From Magnetococcales bacterium (GTDB lineage: Bacteria; Pseudomonadota; Magnetococcia; Magnetococcales; JADGCH01): 39,222 bases of DNA. Location: contig JADGCM010000002.1 of NCBI GenBank assembly GCA_015228995.1, forward strand, positions 1-39,222, in the 5' to 3' direction. Made by a program: the position numbers and the translations under genes. Below, one piece after another: positions 1 through 13,595 of the stretch (the stretch's first letter is position 1; each line of letters opens with the position of its first letter). Under the pieces are notes generated by a model. That model saw nothing but the letters and a program-made list of their open reading frames with translations. It had not been told where the DNA came from and ran no database searches.

Positions 1-677
1 TGTTATTAGGGAGTGGTTTTGCCGCCTCATTTCGCGCCCCTGGTTTGGAACAAATCTCCTACCTGGAGTATTTTTATCCTGGTATTTTGCTGATGCTGAC
101 CCTATTTGCCAGCATCTTCTCCACCATCACTATTATAGAGGATCGGCAGCAGGGGTTGTTGCAGGAGATATTGGTTGCCCCAGTACCGCGCCTCTGTATC
201 GTTGTCGGCAAAGTGCTCGGGGCCATGTCCGTTGCTCTGGTACAAACCCTGTTGTTGCTGTTGGTGGCGCCATTGCTGGGACTATCGCCCCCGGTCTTCC
301 AGCTGCTGCTTATTATCGCTGGTTTGGTTGTAACCGCGCTCGGATTTACCGCCCTGGGCTTCCTCATCGCTTGGAATATGGAAAGCAGTGCTGGTTACCA
401 CGCCATCATGTCGGTGTTTTTGATGCCGCTATGGATGTTATCCGGTGCCCTATTCCCGGTCGATCAAGCACCGGCATGGCTGTGGTGGCTGATGATACTC
501 AACCCGGTTACTCATGCGTTGATGTTGATCCGGATGCCTTTTTATCACACGGACTCGTTGTGGTTGCTTTTTCAGGATTGGCACTATTTGCTTGCCGTAG
601 GGATCACCCTAATATGGGCCGTCGGTTGCTTGGTACTGGCTCTGTGGCGTATTAGTCGTGTTGAGCAGGGCGTTTAG
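1..677 (+). CDS. ABC-2 type transporter permease, 5'-truncated by the window edge (candidate Wzm-like polysaccharide exporter component)
   Basis: Frame 3 is open from the window edge, so the listed ORF 45..677 only begins at an internal TTG. The translation is multi-span hydrophobic and has the ABC-2-style loop TIIEDRQQGLLQEILVAPVPR. It lies upstream of a gmd/rmd glycan cluster. Confidence 0.7.
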   Translation, partial: LLGSGFAASFRAPGLEQISYLEYFYPGILLMLTLFASIFSTITIIEDRQQGLLQEILVAPVPRLCIVVGKVLGAMSVALVQTLLLLLVAPLLGLSPPVFQLLLIIAGLVVTALGFTALGFLIAWNMESSAGYHAIMSVFLMPLWMLSGALFPVDQAPAWLWWLMILNPVTHALMLIRMPFYHTDSLWLLFQDWHYLLAVGITLIWAVGCLVLALWRISRVEQGV

Positions 678-709
678 TGAAAAAATGATGATTGTTGCAT
701 CAGCTATGA

Positions 710-919
710 AATTGTAGTATCCATAAGCGCGCGTGGTATTTTTCCGGCGTGGTAGCTCGTGGTGGATATGGTGCACACTATTCCCCCAGGAAGTGGGTGA
801 AACGAACCTCAGCGATGGCGGCCGGGCTGACGGACCACCAATGGGCCCTATCAGGGTTGTTGCATTACCGGGTCCCCCACCACCATAGGGACAATTTGAG
901 CTTCCGTGGAGGCCGATAA
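710..919 (+). pseudogene. Transposase C-terminal remnant (IS family not resolved)
   Basis: Start-less open frame between TGA 707-709 and TAA 917-919. It translates to ...SPRKWVKRTSAMAAGLTDHQWALSGLLHYRVPHH... The (T/S)xAMAAGLTDHxW..LL tail is a recurrent C-terminal motif of IS transposases. No catalytic region and no terminal inverted repeats were seen. Confidence 0.35.
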
Positions 920-1018
920 AGACATAACAAACTATGCTAATCGACCACGGTTGAGTGGGGTGCTGCTGGTTGCTAAGAAAATGGTATTTTTAACTATAAT
1001 TCAAAGGTTTATGTTTAT

Positions 1019-1897
1019 ATGTATATGAAATTTTATGATCGCGCCGGGACAGAGCGGCGTTTTCAGTTGATTTTAGATAGCTCAGAAGGTGCCGTTGTTG
1101 ACAGAGCAATAGCTAGGTGTTTTGAGAGAGGCGAATGGTATGAGCCGGATGGTGCGGCGCTGGTGAGAAGGGTTGTCTCTCCCGGCGATGTTTTTATTGA
1201 TGTCGGTGCGAATGTTGGTTACTACACTGTCCTTTCTAGTGTAATGATGTCCGGTGTCGGTGTGGTAATATCTTGTGAACCGGATAGCGAAAATTTAATT
1301 CGCTTGAGAAAAAACATAGCCGTTAATAAACTTAGCAACTGCGTTGTTGTCGATAAGGTGGTCTGTAATCATACGGGAACTTCTGATTTTTATATTAACA
1401 GTGGTTCAAATGGTTCTCATTCAATTTGGGATCCTTGGTTGCTTCCTCTGCTCACTGGATCGCATTCTCCAGGGCGTAAGTTGACTGTGCCATCAATCAC
1501 GCTGGATGATATAGCTAGTCAGTTTTTGCAGAGTCGTAGTGGTGGTGGTAAGACAATCATCAAAATTGATACGGACGGAGCAGAGCAAATGGTTTTGGAA
1601 GGGGGAGTCTCGTTTCTGTCACCAGAAAAAGTACCTTTCATCATTTGTGAGTTGTATCCTCCGGGCCTAGAGCGGTGCGGATACTCTCAAAGCAGTCTTA
1701 GGAATTTTATGAAATCTATTGGGTACGATACGTTTTTGCTTGATGGTTTGGATAATGGGAGGAATGCCGACAGAATACCAAAATTCATACCGGAAAGGAC
1801 GCAAATTAAAGGAAATTTCTTTCCAAATATACTTTTTAGTACCGTTGAGCACATTCAGTTATTTTGGCCTGAAGAGGAATTTTTGAATTACTCATAG
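1019..1897 (+). CDS. FkbM-family SAM-dependent methyltransferase
   Basis: 292 aa. Carries the FkbM-type motif block VFIDVGANVGYYTV...VISCEPDSENL...IIKIDTDGAE. An alternative ATG at 1025 is possible. Confidence 0.75.
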   Translation: MYMKFYDRAGTERRFQLILDSSEGAVVDRAIARCFERGEWYEPDGAALVRRVVSPGDVFIDVGANVGYYTVLSSVMMSGVGVVISCEPDSENLIRLRKNIAVNKLSNCVVVDKVVCNHTGTSDFYINSGSNGSHSIWDPWLLPLLTGSHSPGRKLTVPSITLDDIASQFLQSRSGGGKTIIKIDTDGAEQMVLEGGVSFLSPEKVPFIICELYPPGLERCGYSQSSLRNFMKSIGYDTFLLDGLDNGRNADRIPKFIPERTQIKGNFFPNILFSTVEHIQLFWPEEEFLNYS

Positions 1898-1968
1898 TGG
1901 CGTGCTAGTTGTTGCTTATTTGTGTGATGTATATATGGATATTTTATGTATTATGGTAATAGATACAA

Positions 1969-2952
1969 ATGAATAACGATATATTGCTTATTTCTGCCCT
2001 TGATAGTTATAATTCTGGTCAATATAAGGATACGATCAGCAAGTGCCGGTTAGCGATCCAAAATCAAGAGAGGGCTGATGCTTGGTGCTTGACTGGCATG
2101 GCGCTGCGTAAATTGGGGCGTTCACACGATGCCGTTAACGCTTATCGCCTAGCATTGTTGATCGATCCCGATTATACAAGCGCATCCAGTAATTTGATAA
2201 ATTTACAAAATGATCTGTTAAATGGTATCCGTGCTGACGCTTATTCGATCCATGTGGCTATGTTGGCCCTCTACGAGAAAGAATCGGGCCTTGTCGTGCA
2301 AACGGGTGTTTTTAAGGGACTGAAATTCCATAAAGGCTTTTTCCATGGAAAATTGCAGATGCTGTTTGGGACGTACGAATCACAGCTAACGCAATGGATG
2401 CACGATGTCGTCAAGAGGGCTTATTCAACCATCATCAACGTTGGTTGTGGTGAAGGACTTTATGCCGTTGGCTTGGCCAAGACGATTCCTAACAGTCGGG
2501 TTTTTGCCTTTGATACCCATGAGGGTGCTAGGGCAAATTGCCAGTGGTTGTCGGATACCAATGGCACCACTGATCGTGTAACGGTGCTGGGGGAGTGTTC
2601 TCCGCAGCAACTGGAGGAGTTGCTCAGTAAACAGGATGCGGATGCGTTGGTGCTGATCGATTGTGAGGGGTGTGAATACGAATTACTCGATCCGGCACTT
2701 GTGCCATCCCTTGCCAATTGTGATATTTTGGTGGAATGCCACGATAGCTCTTTTCAGCCACCGAAACCAATTGCAAAGACTCTTGAAGAGCGGTTTTTCA
2801 GCACACATAGTGTTATTCGCACTGATTCTGGCCCTCGGGATCCTTGTATGGTACCCTTTTTGGATAATTTTCCTGAATTGGCTTGGTGGTTGTCCATTAA
2901 CGAGAGTCGTGATCATTTTCAGACTTGGTTTTATTTTACTAAACGACAATAA
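1969..2952 (+). CDS. TPR-containing class I SAM-dependent methyltransferase
   Basis: 327 aa. The N-terminus has TPR-like helices (CLTGMALRKLGRSHDAVNAYRLALLIDPDY). The C-terminus has the SAM-binding motif I INVGCGEGLYAVGLA, then VFAFDTHE and an acidic LIDCEG block. Confidence 0.6.
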   Translation: MNNDILLISALDSYNSGQYKDTISKCRLAIQNQERADAWCLTGMALRKLGRSHDAVNAYRLALLIDPDYTSASSNLINLQNDLLNGIRADAYSIHVAMLALYEKESGLVVQTGVFKGLKFHKGFFHGKLQMLFGTYESQLTQWMHDVVKRAYSTIINVGCGEGLYAVGLAKTIPNSRVFAFDTHEGARANCQWLSDTNGTTDRVTVLGECSPQQLEELLSKQDADALVLIDCEGCEYELLDPALVPSLANCDILVECHDSSFQPPKPIAKTLEERFFSTHSVIRTDSGPRDPCMVPFLDNFPELAWWLSINESRDHFQTWFYFTKRQ

Positions 2953-2977
2953 TAATTATACTGGGATCAAGATAATC

Positions 2978-4888
2978 ATGAATATTGTTGGGTTGCATTT
3001 TGGTCATGATGGTGCTGTCTGTGTCCTTAAGAATGGGCAAATGAGTGCCTATATTTCGAGGGAAAGGGAGGGACGAGAGAAGCACGCCTGGGCGTTTACA
3101 ACTAACGAGCTCAATCTGGCCTTGTCTCGTTCTGATCTAACGGTTCGTGATATAGATTTTTTTGCTATCACTTCCACTCAGGGCATGGCGCTCTCTTTGG
3201 GGTTGATTGAGAATTTCGATATCAAACTTAAAAGTCACGCACGCCATTCCATGTTTAAAAATCCTCTTTATGACCTGGACATGAACGTCGAGTCGCTATT
3301 GTCTAAGGACGATTGGACCAAGGGGAAGGTTAAGACTATGGGTTGGCTGGACCGGTATGGTATTGCCAGTTGCTGGTCCCCTCGCGGTGCCACGATAAAA
3401 GAAATAGCTGCGGTGAATTGTTCCTCCTTATTAAAAACAGAATCGATTCGTTATGGGTTTCATTATCCCGTTACAGTGGAGATCTCTGGACGGGAAATTC
3501 CGGGCTGCTTTATTGATCACCATGTGGCGCATGCCGCCTCTAGTTTTTTTCTTTCTGGTTTCGAGCAAGCGGCGATTGTTACCCACGATGGGATTGGATC
3601 GGAGGATGTGTCAAAGCTGCACGAGCTGCCGTATAACAGTGGCATGATCTACTACGGATACAAAAATTATATTATCCCATTACAGCCTCATTATCTATTC
3701 TTAGGTAGTTTATATACTTTGATTAGTCTTGGTGTTGGATTGGCAACCCAGAGAGATCTAATCAGTGGTTCCGGTAAATTAATGGGGCTGGCGCCGTATG
3801 GCCGACCGGTGTTCTTCAGAAATGAGTTTGTCGGCAATGCCTACGATTATGAGAGAAAGTTCGGTAACCGTGATATGACCCATGTTTGGCGGAGTCATAT
3901 GGAGGGGATGTTGTCCGCGCTTAAATATCCGATGAATATGTTGGCCAAACCAGAGCACATGACTGAGTCCACTAATGCCGATGTGGCGGCCAGTACCCAA
4001 AAACTGTTTGAAGAGTGTCTGTTGGAAGTTGTTAAGGCTACTCATTCGATGTTGTTGAACAGTGGTATTCTCGAAGGTTCTCTTTGCTTGAGCGGTGGGA
4101 CGGCCCTTAATTGTCCGGCCAATACTCGGATCCATAAAGAGACGCCTTTTTCGTCGATTTTTATTACTCCCGCCTGCAGCGATGATGGCCTCGCTATTGG
4201 AGCAGCAGCCTATTTGTGTCATCAGTTGCTTGGGTATCCTCGGCAGTTGCAGCCAGAGTCATTTTCCCCGTATACGGGGAAAACGTATTCTGATAAAGAA
4301 ATTTTTTTGGCGATTCAAGAATTCGGCTCCTCTATCGTTGCAAAAAATGTTGGTTATAATGCTGCTGAGGAGGCTGCGAATGACTTGGCCTGCAATCGGG
4401 TGATTGCTTGGTTCGAGGGAGGGAGTGAGATTGGTCCCAGAGCGCTGGGTCATCGGTCCATTCTGGCCAATCCAACCTATTCGGAAAATTGGAAAAGGGT
4501 GAATTTAATCAAAAGTAGAGAGTGGTGGCGACCCTTTGCCCCATCTGTGTTGGAAGAAGACATGGCTGATTGGTTTGATGGCATCCCCAACCACTCTCCT
4601 TATATGCTCTATACCGCCCGGGTGAAGTCGCGTCGGTTGCCAGCTATTACCCACGTTGATGGTACGGCGCGGGTGCAGACTGTGACGCCATCGTCTGGAA
4701 GATTTTATGATTTGATTTGCGAGTTTAAGAAGCGTACTGGTGTCCCGGTGATACTGAATACGTCGTTCAATGGACCAGGGGAACCGATCGTTGAGACACC
4801 GCAACAAGCCATTGCCTTTTTGGTGAAATCGACGCTGCTTGATGCGTTGTACGTGGGGGAATATCGCCTGACCCGCTGTTCAGATTGA
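2978..4888 (+). CDS. Carbamoyltransferase, NodU/CmcH family
   Basis: The ATG at 2978 gives MNIVGLHFGHDGAVCVL..., FIDHHVAHAASSF and the C-terminal blocks ALGHRSILANP...WRPFAPSV...THVDGTARVQTV...ILNTSFNGPGEPIV. The listed ORF start at 2663 overlaps the previous gene in another frame and was discarded. Confidence 0.85.
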   Translation: MNIVGLHFGHDGAVCVLKNGQMSAYISREREGREKHAWAFTTNELNLALSRSDLTVRDIDFFAITSTQGMALSLGLIENFDIKLKSHARHSMFKNPLYDLDMNVESLLSKDDWTKGKVKTMGWLDRYGIASCWSPRGATIKEIAAVNCSSLLKTESIRYGFHYPVTVEISGREIPGCFIDHHVAHAASSFFLSGFEQAAIVTHDGIGSEDVSKLHELPYNSGMIYYGYKNYIIPLQPHYLFLGSLYTLISLGVGLATQRDLISGSGKLMGLAPYGRPVFFRNEFVGNAYDYERKFGNRDMTHVWRSHMEGMLSALKYPMNMLAKPEHMTESTNADVAASTQKLFEECLLEVVKATHSMLLNSGILEGSLCLSGGTALNCPANTRIHKETPFSSIFITPACSDDGLAIGAAAYLCHQLLGYPRQLQPESFSPYTGKTYSDKEIFLAIQEFGSSIVAKNVGYNAAEEAANDLACNRVIAWFEGGSEIGPRALGHRSILANPTYSENWKRVNLIKSREWWRPFAPSVLEEDMADWFDGIPNHSPYMLYTARVKSRRLPAITHVDGTARVQTVTPSSGRFYDLICEFKKRTGVPVILNTSFNGPGEPIVETPQQAIAFLVKSTLLDALYVGEYRLTRCSD

Positions 4889-4923
4889 ATGTGGCTATCT
4901 TTTAAGAATGATCATGGTGCATC

Positions 4924-5640
4924 ATGCAAAACGCTAATGTCGTAAAACTATCGAATGGTAGCAGGGACTTTGAGTTTTTCTACAAGCAGCTCGGCTCGCG
5001 TGCCGTGTTGGAGCACATCTTTAGCGGCGAGCCTTATCCCATTTTACCGTTTGTTAAAGGTGAGCATATTAAAACTATAGTTGACATCGGTGCTCATATT
5101 GGTGAGGCGGCTTTTTTCTTTCATTTTCTGTACCCAGATGCGGATATTTTCTCATTTGAACCGGACCCAGAATCTTTCGGCCTGCTTGAGCGCAATGTTG
5201 GGCAGATCAGTAAAATTCGTCCGTTCCATGTAGGTTGCTTCGATTGCGATAAAGAGGTGGAGTTTTTCAAAAGCCTGGAGTTTGGTTCGGTAGGTAACTC
5301 AATCTATGCCAAATCGAACATGGTGCATTCGTGCCGGGTGCAGTTGAAGGACACCGCGACCATCCTAAATAGTCTGGCCATTCCGCAGCAGATCGACATC
5401 CTAAAAATTGACACCGAGGGGTGTGAGATAGCGGTGTTGCGTTCTTTGTTTGGGGGGCGTTTTCGGTCCAAACTGGCTTATATTGAGCACCACTCAGAGC
5501 AAGATTGCCATGAGATCCATAACCTATTGTTCCCGACCCACGTTTTATGGAATTCCTCAGCTATGGGTTGCGGTCATGGCGTCCCTGGTGAGCTGTTGTA
5601 TGTGGATCGCCAGTACGTTTCGGGACTCGCTAGTCGTTAG
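4924..5640 (+). CDS. FkbM-family SAM-dependent methyltransferase
   Basis: 238 aa. Motifs IVDIGAHIGEAAFFF...IFSFEPDPESF...ILKIDTEGCE. Confidence 0.75.
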   Translation: MQNANVVKLSNGSRDFEFFYKQLGSRAVLEHIFSGEPYPILPFVKGEHIKTIVDIGAHIGEAAFFFHFLYPDADIFSFEPDPESFGLLERNVGQISKIRPFHVGCFDCDKEVEFFKSLEFGSVGNSIYAKSNMVHSCRVQLKDTATILNSLAIPQQIDILKIDTEGCEIAVLRSLFGGRFRSKLAYIEHHSEQDCHEIHNLLFPTHVLWNSSAMGCGHGVPGELLYVDRQYVSGLASR

Positions 5641-5642
5641 TT

Positions 5643-9966
<4,324 letters not shown>

Positions 9967-9968
9967 AA

Positions 9969-10841
9969 GTGGCGACGGCATTCATTACCGGTATTCAAGG
10001 CTTCACCGGCCTTTACCTAGTCGATGAGTTGCGCGCCGCTGGTTATGCTGTGGCGGGGTTGGCCTGCGATTTGTTGGATCGCAGCGGCATTGTGAATGAG
10101 GTGGCGCAGATTCAACCAGAGCTGGTGATCCACTTGGCCGGTGTTGCCCATGTTGTCCAGGGCGATGTGGAGGCGATGTACCGCACCCACGTGATCGGTA
10201 CCCGTAACCTGCTGGAAGCATTGGTTAGCAGCGGTTGTCAACCCAAGTCGGTGTTGTTGGTCAGTAGTGGCCATATCTACGGCAATGCGACCGCCGATCC
10301 AATTGTGGAGGAGACCCCAGCGGCGCCCACCAGCGACTACGCGGTAAGTAAATTGGCGATGGAATATATGGCGCGGTTGTGGTTGGATCGGTTGCCGATT
10401 ACGCTGGTGCGTCCGTTTAACTACACCGGAGTAGGGCAGTCGGTTCATTTCCTGCTACCCAAGATGGTCCACTGCTTCAAGAATCGTCTGCCGGTGTTAG
10501 AGCTGGGCAACCTGGATGTGGTACGGGATTTTTCCGACGTGCGTTCGGTGGTCCGCAGCTATCGGTTGTTATTGGAGAGTGAGCGGGCCATCGGCGAGGA
10601 TTTTATCGTTTGTTCGGGGCAGGGGTACTCTTTAACGGCTGTGATCCAGATGCTGCGCGACCTGTCCGGGCATGATCCGGAAATACGGGTCAACCCCGCT
10701 TACGTTCGCAGCAACGACATGCGCCGACTGGTAGGTTGTCGCGCTAAATTGGACCGGGCCATTGGGTCGATGGCAGCCATGCCGCTGATCGATACACTTA
10801 GATGGATGTTAGAAGATTCGCAAGGGACACAAGCAATATGA
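9969..10841 (+). CDS. rmd: SDR-family GDP-4-keto-6-deoxy-D-mannose reductase (Rmd-like)
   Basis: 290 aa, GTG start 2 nt after the gmd stop. Has FITGIQGFTG (Rossmann), VIHLAG, SDYAVSKLAMEY (YxxxK), RPFNYTGVGQ and LGNLDVVRDFSDV. The block order matches my recollection of Pseudomonas Rmd. Fcl or another 4-reductase cannot be excluded by eye. Confidence 0.6.
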   Translation: MATAFITGIQGFTGLYLVDELRAAGYAVAGLACDLLDRSGIVNEVAQIQPELVIHLAGVAHVVQGDVEAMYRTHVIGTRNLLEALVSSGCQPKSVLLVSSGHIYGNATADPIVEETPAAPTSDYAVSKLAMEYMARLWLDRLPITLVRPFNYTGVGQSVHFLLPKMVHCFKNRLPVLELGNLDVVRDFSDVRSVVRSYRLLLESERAIGEDFIVCSGQGYSLTAVIQMLRDLSGHDPEIRVNPAYVRSNDMRRLVGCRAKLDRAIGSMAAMPLIDTLRWMLEDSQGTQAI

Positions 10842-11449
10842 CCGAATCATCGTTTCAGGAAATAGACGGACGTAAGCTGCGGGATTTTTTCCACGGCTGT
10901 TTGCAACAAACCGGCTGGCCGGAACGGGCAGAAGTGCGTTTCGACCAAGGAATATGGAAATTTATCGAACAAAATCATACTTTTAATACTATTTTGTGGC
11001 GTCAGGAAGATCTAGCGCGTCGGCTACAAGCACCGGCCGAAGAGATTGTTGCTAACAAGCGTGCTATTGATCGTCACAACCAGTTGCGCAACGACAGCAT
11101 CGAACAAATGGATCGGTTGATATTGGCGCAGCTGGCCGATATTAAGCCGGTGCCCCAGGCTTGGCACAACAGCGAGACCGCTGGGGCGATCATTGATCGA
11201 CTCTCCATCCTCAGCTTGAAAGTGCACCACATGGGGTTGCAAATCGAGCGCGGCGATGTGACCGATGAACACCGGCTTCAATCTCGGGAGAAGCACACCC
11301 AATTACTGTACCAGCAGGAGGATTTAGAGCGTTGTCTGGACCGTTTATTATCGGCCTGCGCCGCCGGGCAAGCCTTTTTCAAAATTTATCGCCAACATAA
11401 AATGTACAATGACCCACGCTTTAATCCCTTAATCCATGCCTCCTGTTGA
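10838..11449 (+). CDS. Hypothetical protein, DUF4254-like
   Basis: The ATG at 10838 overlaps the rmd stop (ATGA). The motifs FNTILWRQEDLARR, KRAIDRHNQLRNDSIEQMD and ETAGAIIDRLSILSLKVHHM resemble my memory of the DUF4254 family. That family is often found next to GT9 genes. Family assignment is unverified. Confidence 0.45.
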   Translation: MTESSFQEIDGRKLRDFFHGCLQQTGWPERAEVRFDQGIWKFIEQNHTFNTILWRQEDLARRLQAPAEEIVANKRAIDRHNQLRNDSIEQMDRLILAQLADIKPVPQAWHNSETAGAIIDRLSILSLKVHHMGLQIERGDVTDEHRLQSREKHTQLLYQQEDLERCLDRLLSACAAGQAFFKIYRQHKMYNDPRFNPLIHASC

Positions 11450-13528
11450 TTGGGCCACCCTTACCTCGACGCAATTATCGTGAAAAGCGGCGCCGCCAGC
11501 CGGAGCTACCGGGCTGGCGTGGGTCAGGGCGTTGATCGGTAGTCCCTCTGGGAAGTCTTCAGCGAGGTAACCGGCCTCGCACAAGCACAGCCCAACCGTA
11601 ACATCGGTGGTGATGCGTACCGCCATGGTCAACGACGCTTGATCGTTATAGACCGTTACTTGGCTTTCTGCGCCGATGCCGCGTGCAGTGGCATCTTCTG
11701 GGTGTAACCACAGGGTCGGGGGTCCATGGCGTTGACGGGGCGCGGCAGCGGCGGCGAAGGTGGTATTAAGCAGGTCGTGGGCCGGGGGCAGCAGCAACCG
11801 GAGCGGATAACGTCGCCGTTGCTCGGGTTGGTCGTAGCGATTGACCGGCCAATGGTCTGGGAGGCGTGGCATGTTCGCATCGGACCAGTGGGGGTAAAAA
11901 TGAAAACGGCCATCGGCGTGGCCAAAACGATGGCGAAAATGGGCCTCGTCCTCGCTGGGAGTGAAATCAAGCCACGGAGCCGACCAAGTTTCGGGGGGCG
12001 GTAGTTGAGAGGCTTGCAGCACCTGCCGCACCATGGTGGCCACGTCCCACTGAAAGGGCTCTTCCTGGTAGCCCAGTCGCCGGGCTAGCTCATTGACGAC
12101 ATCGTGGTTGCAACGTGCCTGTTGCCATGGGGGTAGCAGTGGTTGAGCGTGTTGCAGCGTATATTGCCCGTAAGATTTGTATAGGTCTTCGTGCTCCAGG
12201 AAGGTTGTGGCTGGTAGAACCAGATCGGCTTGTCGGGCGGTATCACTCATCACCTGTTCGTGCACCACGGTGAACAGATCGGGGCGTTGCAGGCCGCGTA
12301 TCACTCGGCTAGCATCGGGACAGGAGGCCGCTGGGTTGGCATTAAAAATCAGTAGCATGGCAATGGGTGGGGCCAGGGTGGTGTCGGTCAACCAGTCACC
12401 GAGGCGGCTCATGTCCAACAGGCGGCGCTGCGGTTGCAGCCATCCTGGCTGGCGTACCGGGGCATCGGTTGTTGGGAAAGCGTCTCCAGTGGCCAATAAC
12501 GCCCCCCCGCCGCGCCGTTGCCAAGCCCCGGTCAGGGTGACGAGACAGGTAATAGCATGGACGTTGACGGCGCCATTGGCATGGCGACTCATCCCCATAC
12601 CGATGCGGATAAAGGGCGCTTGCGCCGTACCGTACCAGCGGGCCAGTTGGCGAATAACTTCGCTCTCCAGTCCAGTGATGTTTGCTGCCCACTCCGGCGT
12701 GCAGCGTAAAATATGCTGTTCCAGCGCATGATCGTAATCGCTGCGTTGTTGCAAATAAGCGCGGTCGACCATTCCTTCGGTTACGATTACGTTCATCATT
12801 GCTAAGGCCAAAGCGGCGTCGCAGCCAGGTTGGATAGCCAGATGAACATCAGCGAGGCGAGCGGTGCGGTTGCGATAGGGATCGATGACGACGAGTCGTG
12901 CCCCCCGTTGCCGCGCCTCCTTAATAAAAGGCATGAGATTGATATGGGTCGAAACAGCGTTGATGCCCCACAGCACGATCAGGTCACTGTCTTGTAATTC
13001 AATGGGGTTGGGTCCCATGACGCGACCGACGCCAGCCAGCCAGCCGGTTTCGCTGATCGGATAACAGATGGTTTTATTCAAGCGCGAAAAGCCAGCCCGA
13101 TGGGTCAGGCGGTCGCAGGCCGCCCGCTGCACCATCCCCATGGTACCGCCATAATAATAGGGAAAAATAGCCTCTGGTCCCAGACTGGCGATAATTTCCT
13201 GCATCCGAGCAACGATGTGGTCGAATGCTTCGTCCCAGGAGATCGGTTGGAATGAGCCACTCCCTTTGGGGCCATGGCGCAGCAAAGGGGATGCGATGCG
13301 GGGGCCATGCTGAATATCCCCGTAGCGGGCGACCTTACCGCAAATGACGCCGCGTGTGAACGGATGGGCCGGGTTGCCAACAATACGACTGATCCGATTG
13401 CCGTCGTGGGTGACGATCAGGGCACAGCTACCCGGGCAGTCGAGAGGACAGGTGGTGGGGTGTTCGTGAGCCCTCACCCCCGGCCCCTCTCCCGCTGGGA
13501 GAGGGGAGGGAAACATGTCCTTTATCAT
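11429..13528 (-). CDS. Molybdopterin-dependent oxidoreductase (MopB superfamily), cytoplasmic type
   Basis: N-terminal 4Fe-4S motif TTCPLDCPGSC, then MopB-type blocks throughout (GINAVSTH, VVIDPYRN, ANPAAS...). The ATG at 13528 has GGAGG 7 nt upstream. An alternative GTG at 13477 sits just before HEHPTTC. The listed start at 13666 overlaps erpA and runs through repeat elements. Confidence 0.8.
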   Translation of the reverse strand: MIKDMFPSPLPAGEGPGVRAHEHPTTCPLDCPGSCALIVTHDGNRISRIVGNPAHPFTRGVICGKVARYGDIQHGPRIASPLLRHGPKGSGSFQPISWDEAFDHIVARMQEIIASLGPEAIFPYYYGGTMGMVQRAACDRLTHRAGFSRLNKTICYPISETGWLAGVGRVMGPNPIELQDSDLIVLWGINAVSTHINLMPFIKEARQRGARLVVIDPYRNRTARLADVHLAIQPGCDAALALAMMNVIVTEGMVDRAYLQQRSDYDHALEQHILRCTPEWAANITGLESEVIRQLARWYGTAQAPFIRIGMGMSRHANGAVNVHAITCLVTLTGAWQRRGGGALLATGDAFPTTDAPVRQPGWLQPQRRLLDMSRLGDWLTDTTLAPPIAMLLIFNANPAASCPDASRVIRGLQRPDLFTVVHEQVMSDTARQADLVLPATTFLEHEDLYKSYGQYTLQHAQPLLPPWQQARCNHDVVNELARRLGYQEEPFQWDVATMVRQVLQASQLPPPETWSAPWLDFTPSEDEAHFRHRFGHADGRFHFYPHWSDANMPRLPDHWPVNRYDQPEQRRRYPLRLLLPPAHDLLNTTFAAAAAPRQRHGPPTLWLHPEDATARGIGAESQVTVYNDQASLTMAVRITTDVTVGLCLCEAGYLAEDFPEGLPINALTHASPVAPAGGAAFHDNCVEVRVAQSTGGMD
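13468..13510. repeat. GC-rich REP/MITE-like palindromic element, copy E1
   Basis: GCCCTCACCCCC-GG-CCCCTCTCCC-GCTGG-GAGAGGGGAGGG. The hairpin core is shared with four other copies. Confidence 0.8.
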
Positions 13529-13550
13529 GCTGTTGCCTCCAATTACCAAA

Positions 13551-13591
13551 GTCCCCTCGCCCAGAGGGAGAGGGGATTTAGGGGTGAGGGC
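13551..13591. repeat. GC-rich REP/MITE-like palindromic element, copy E2 (inverted relative to E1)
   Basis: CCCCTCGCCCAGAGGGAGAGGGG-ATTTA-GGGGTGAGGGC. It begins 5 nt downstream of the erpA stop codon. Confidence 0.8.
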
Positions 13592-13595
13592 TGGC

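Noticed and set aside
2663-2977. The 5' extension of the carbamoyltransferase ORF (listed start 2663).
   Set aside because: It overlaps the end of the preceding methyltransferase gene in another frame, and its translation has no family resemblance. The family-typical N-terminus MNIVGLHFGHDG begins at ATG 2978.
11429-13528. A selenocysteine or Tat-exported formate-dehydrogenase-type enzyme.
   Set aside because: The frame has no in-frame TGA. The N-terminus lacks a twin-arginine motif. I therefore call it only a generic cytoplasmic MopB oxidoreductase.
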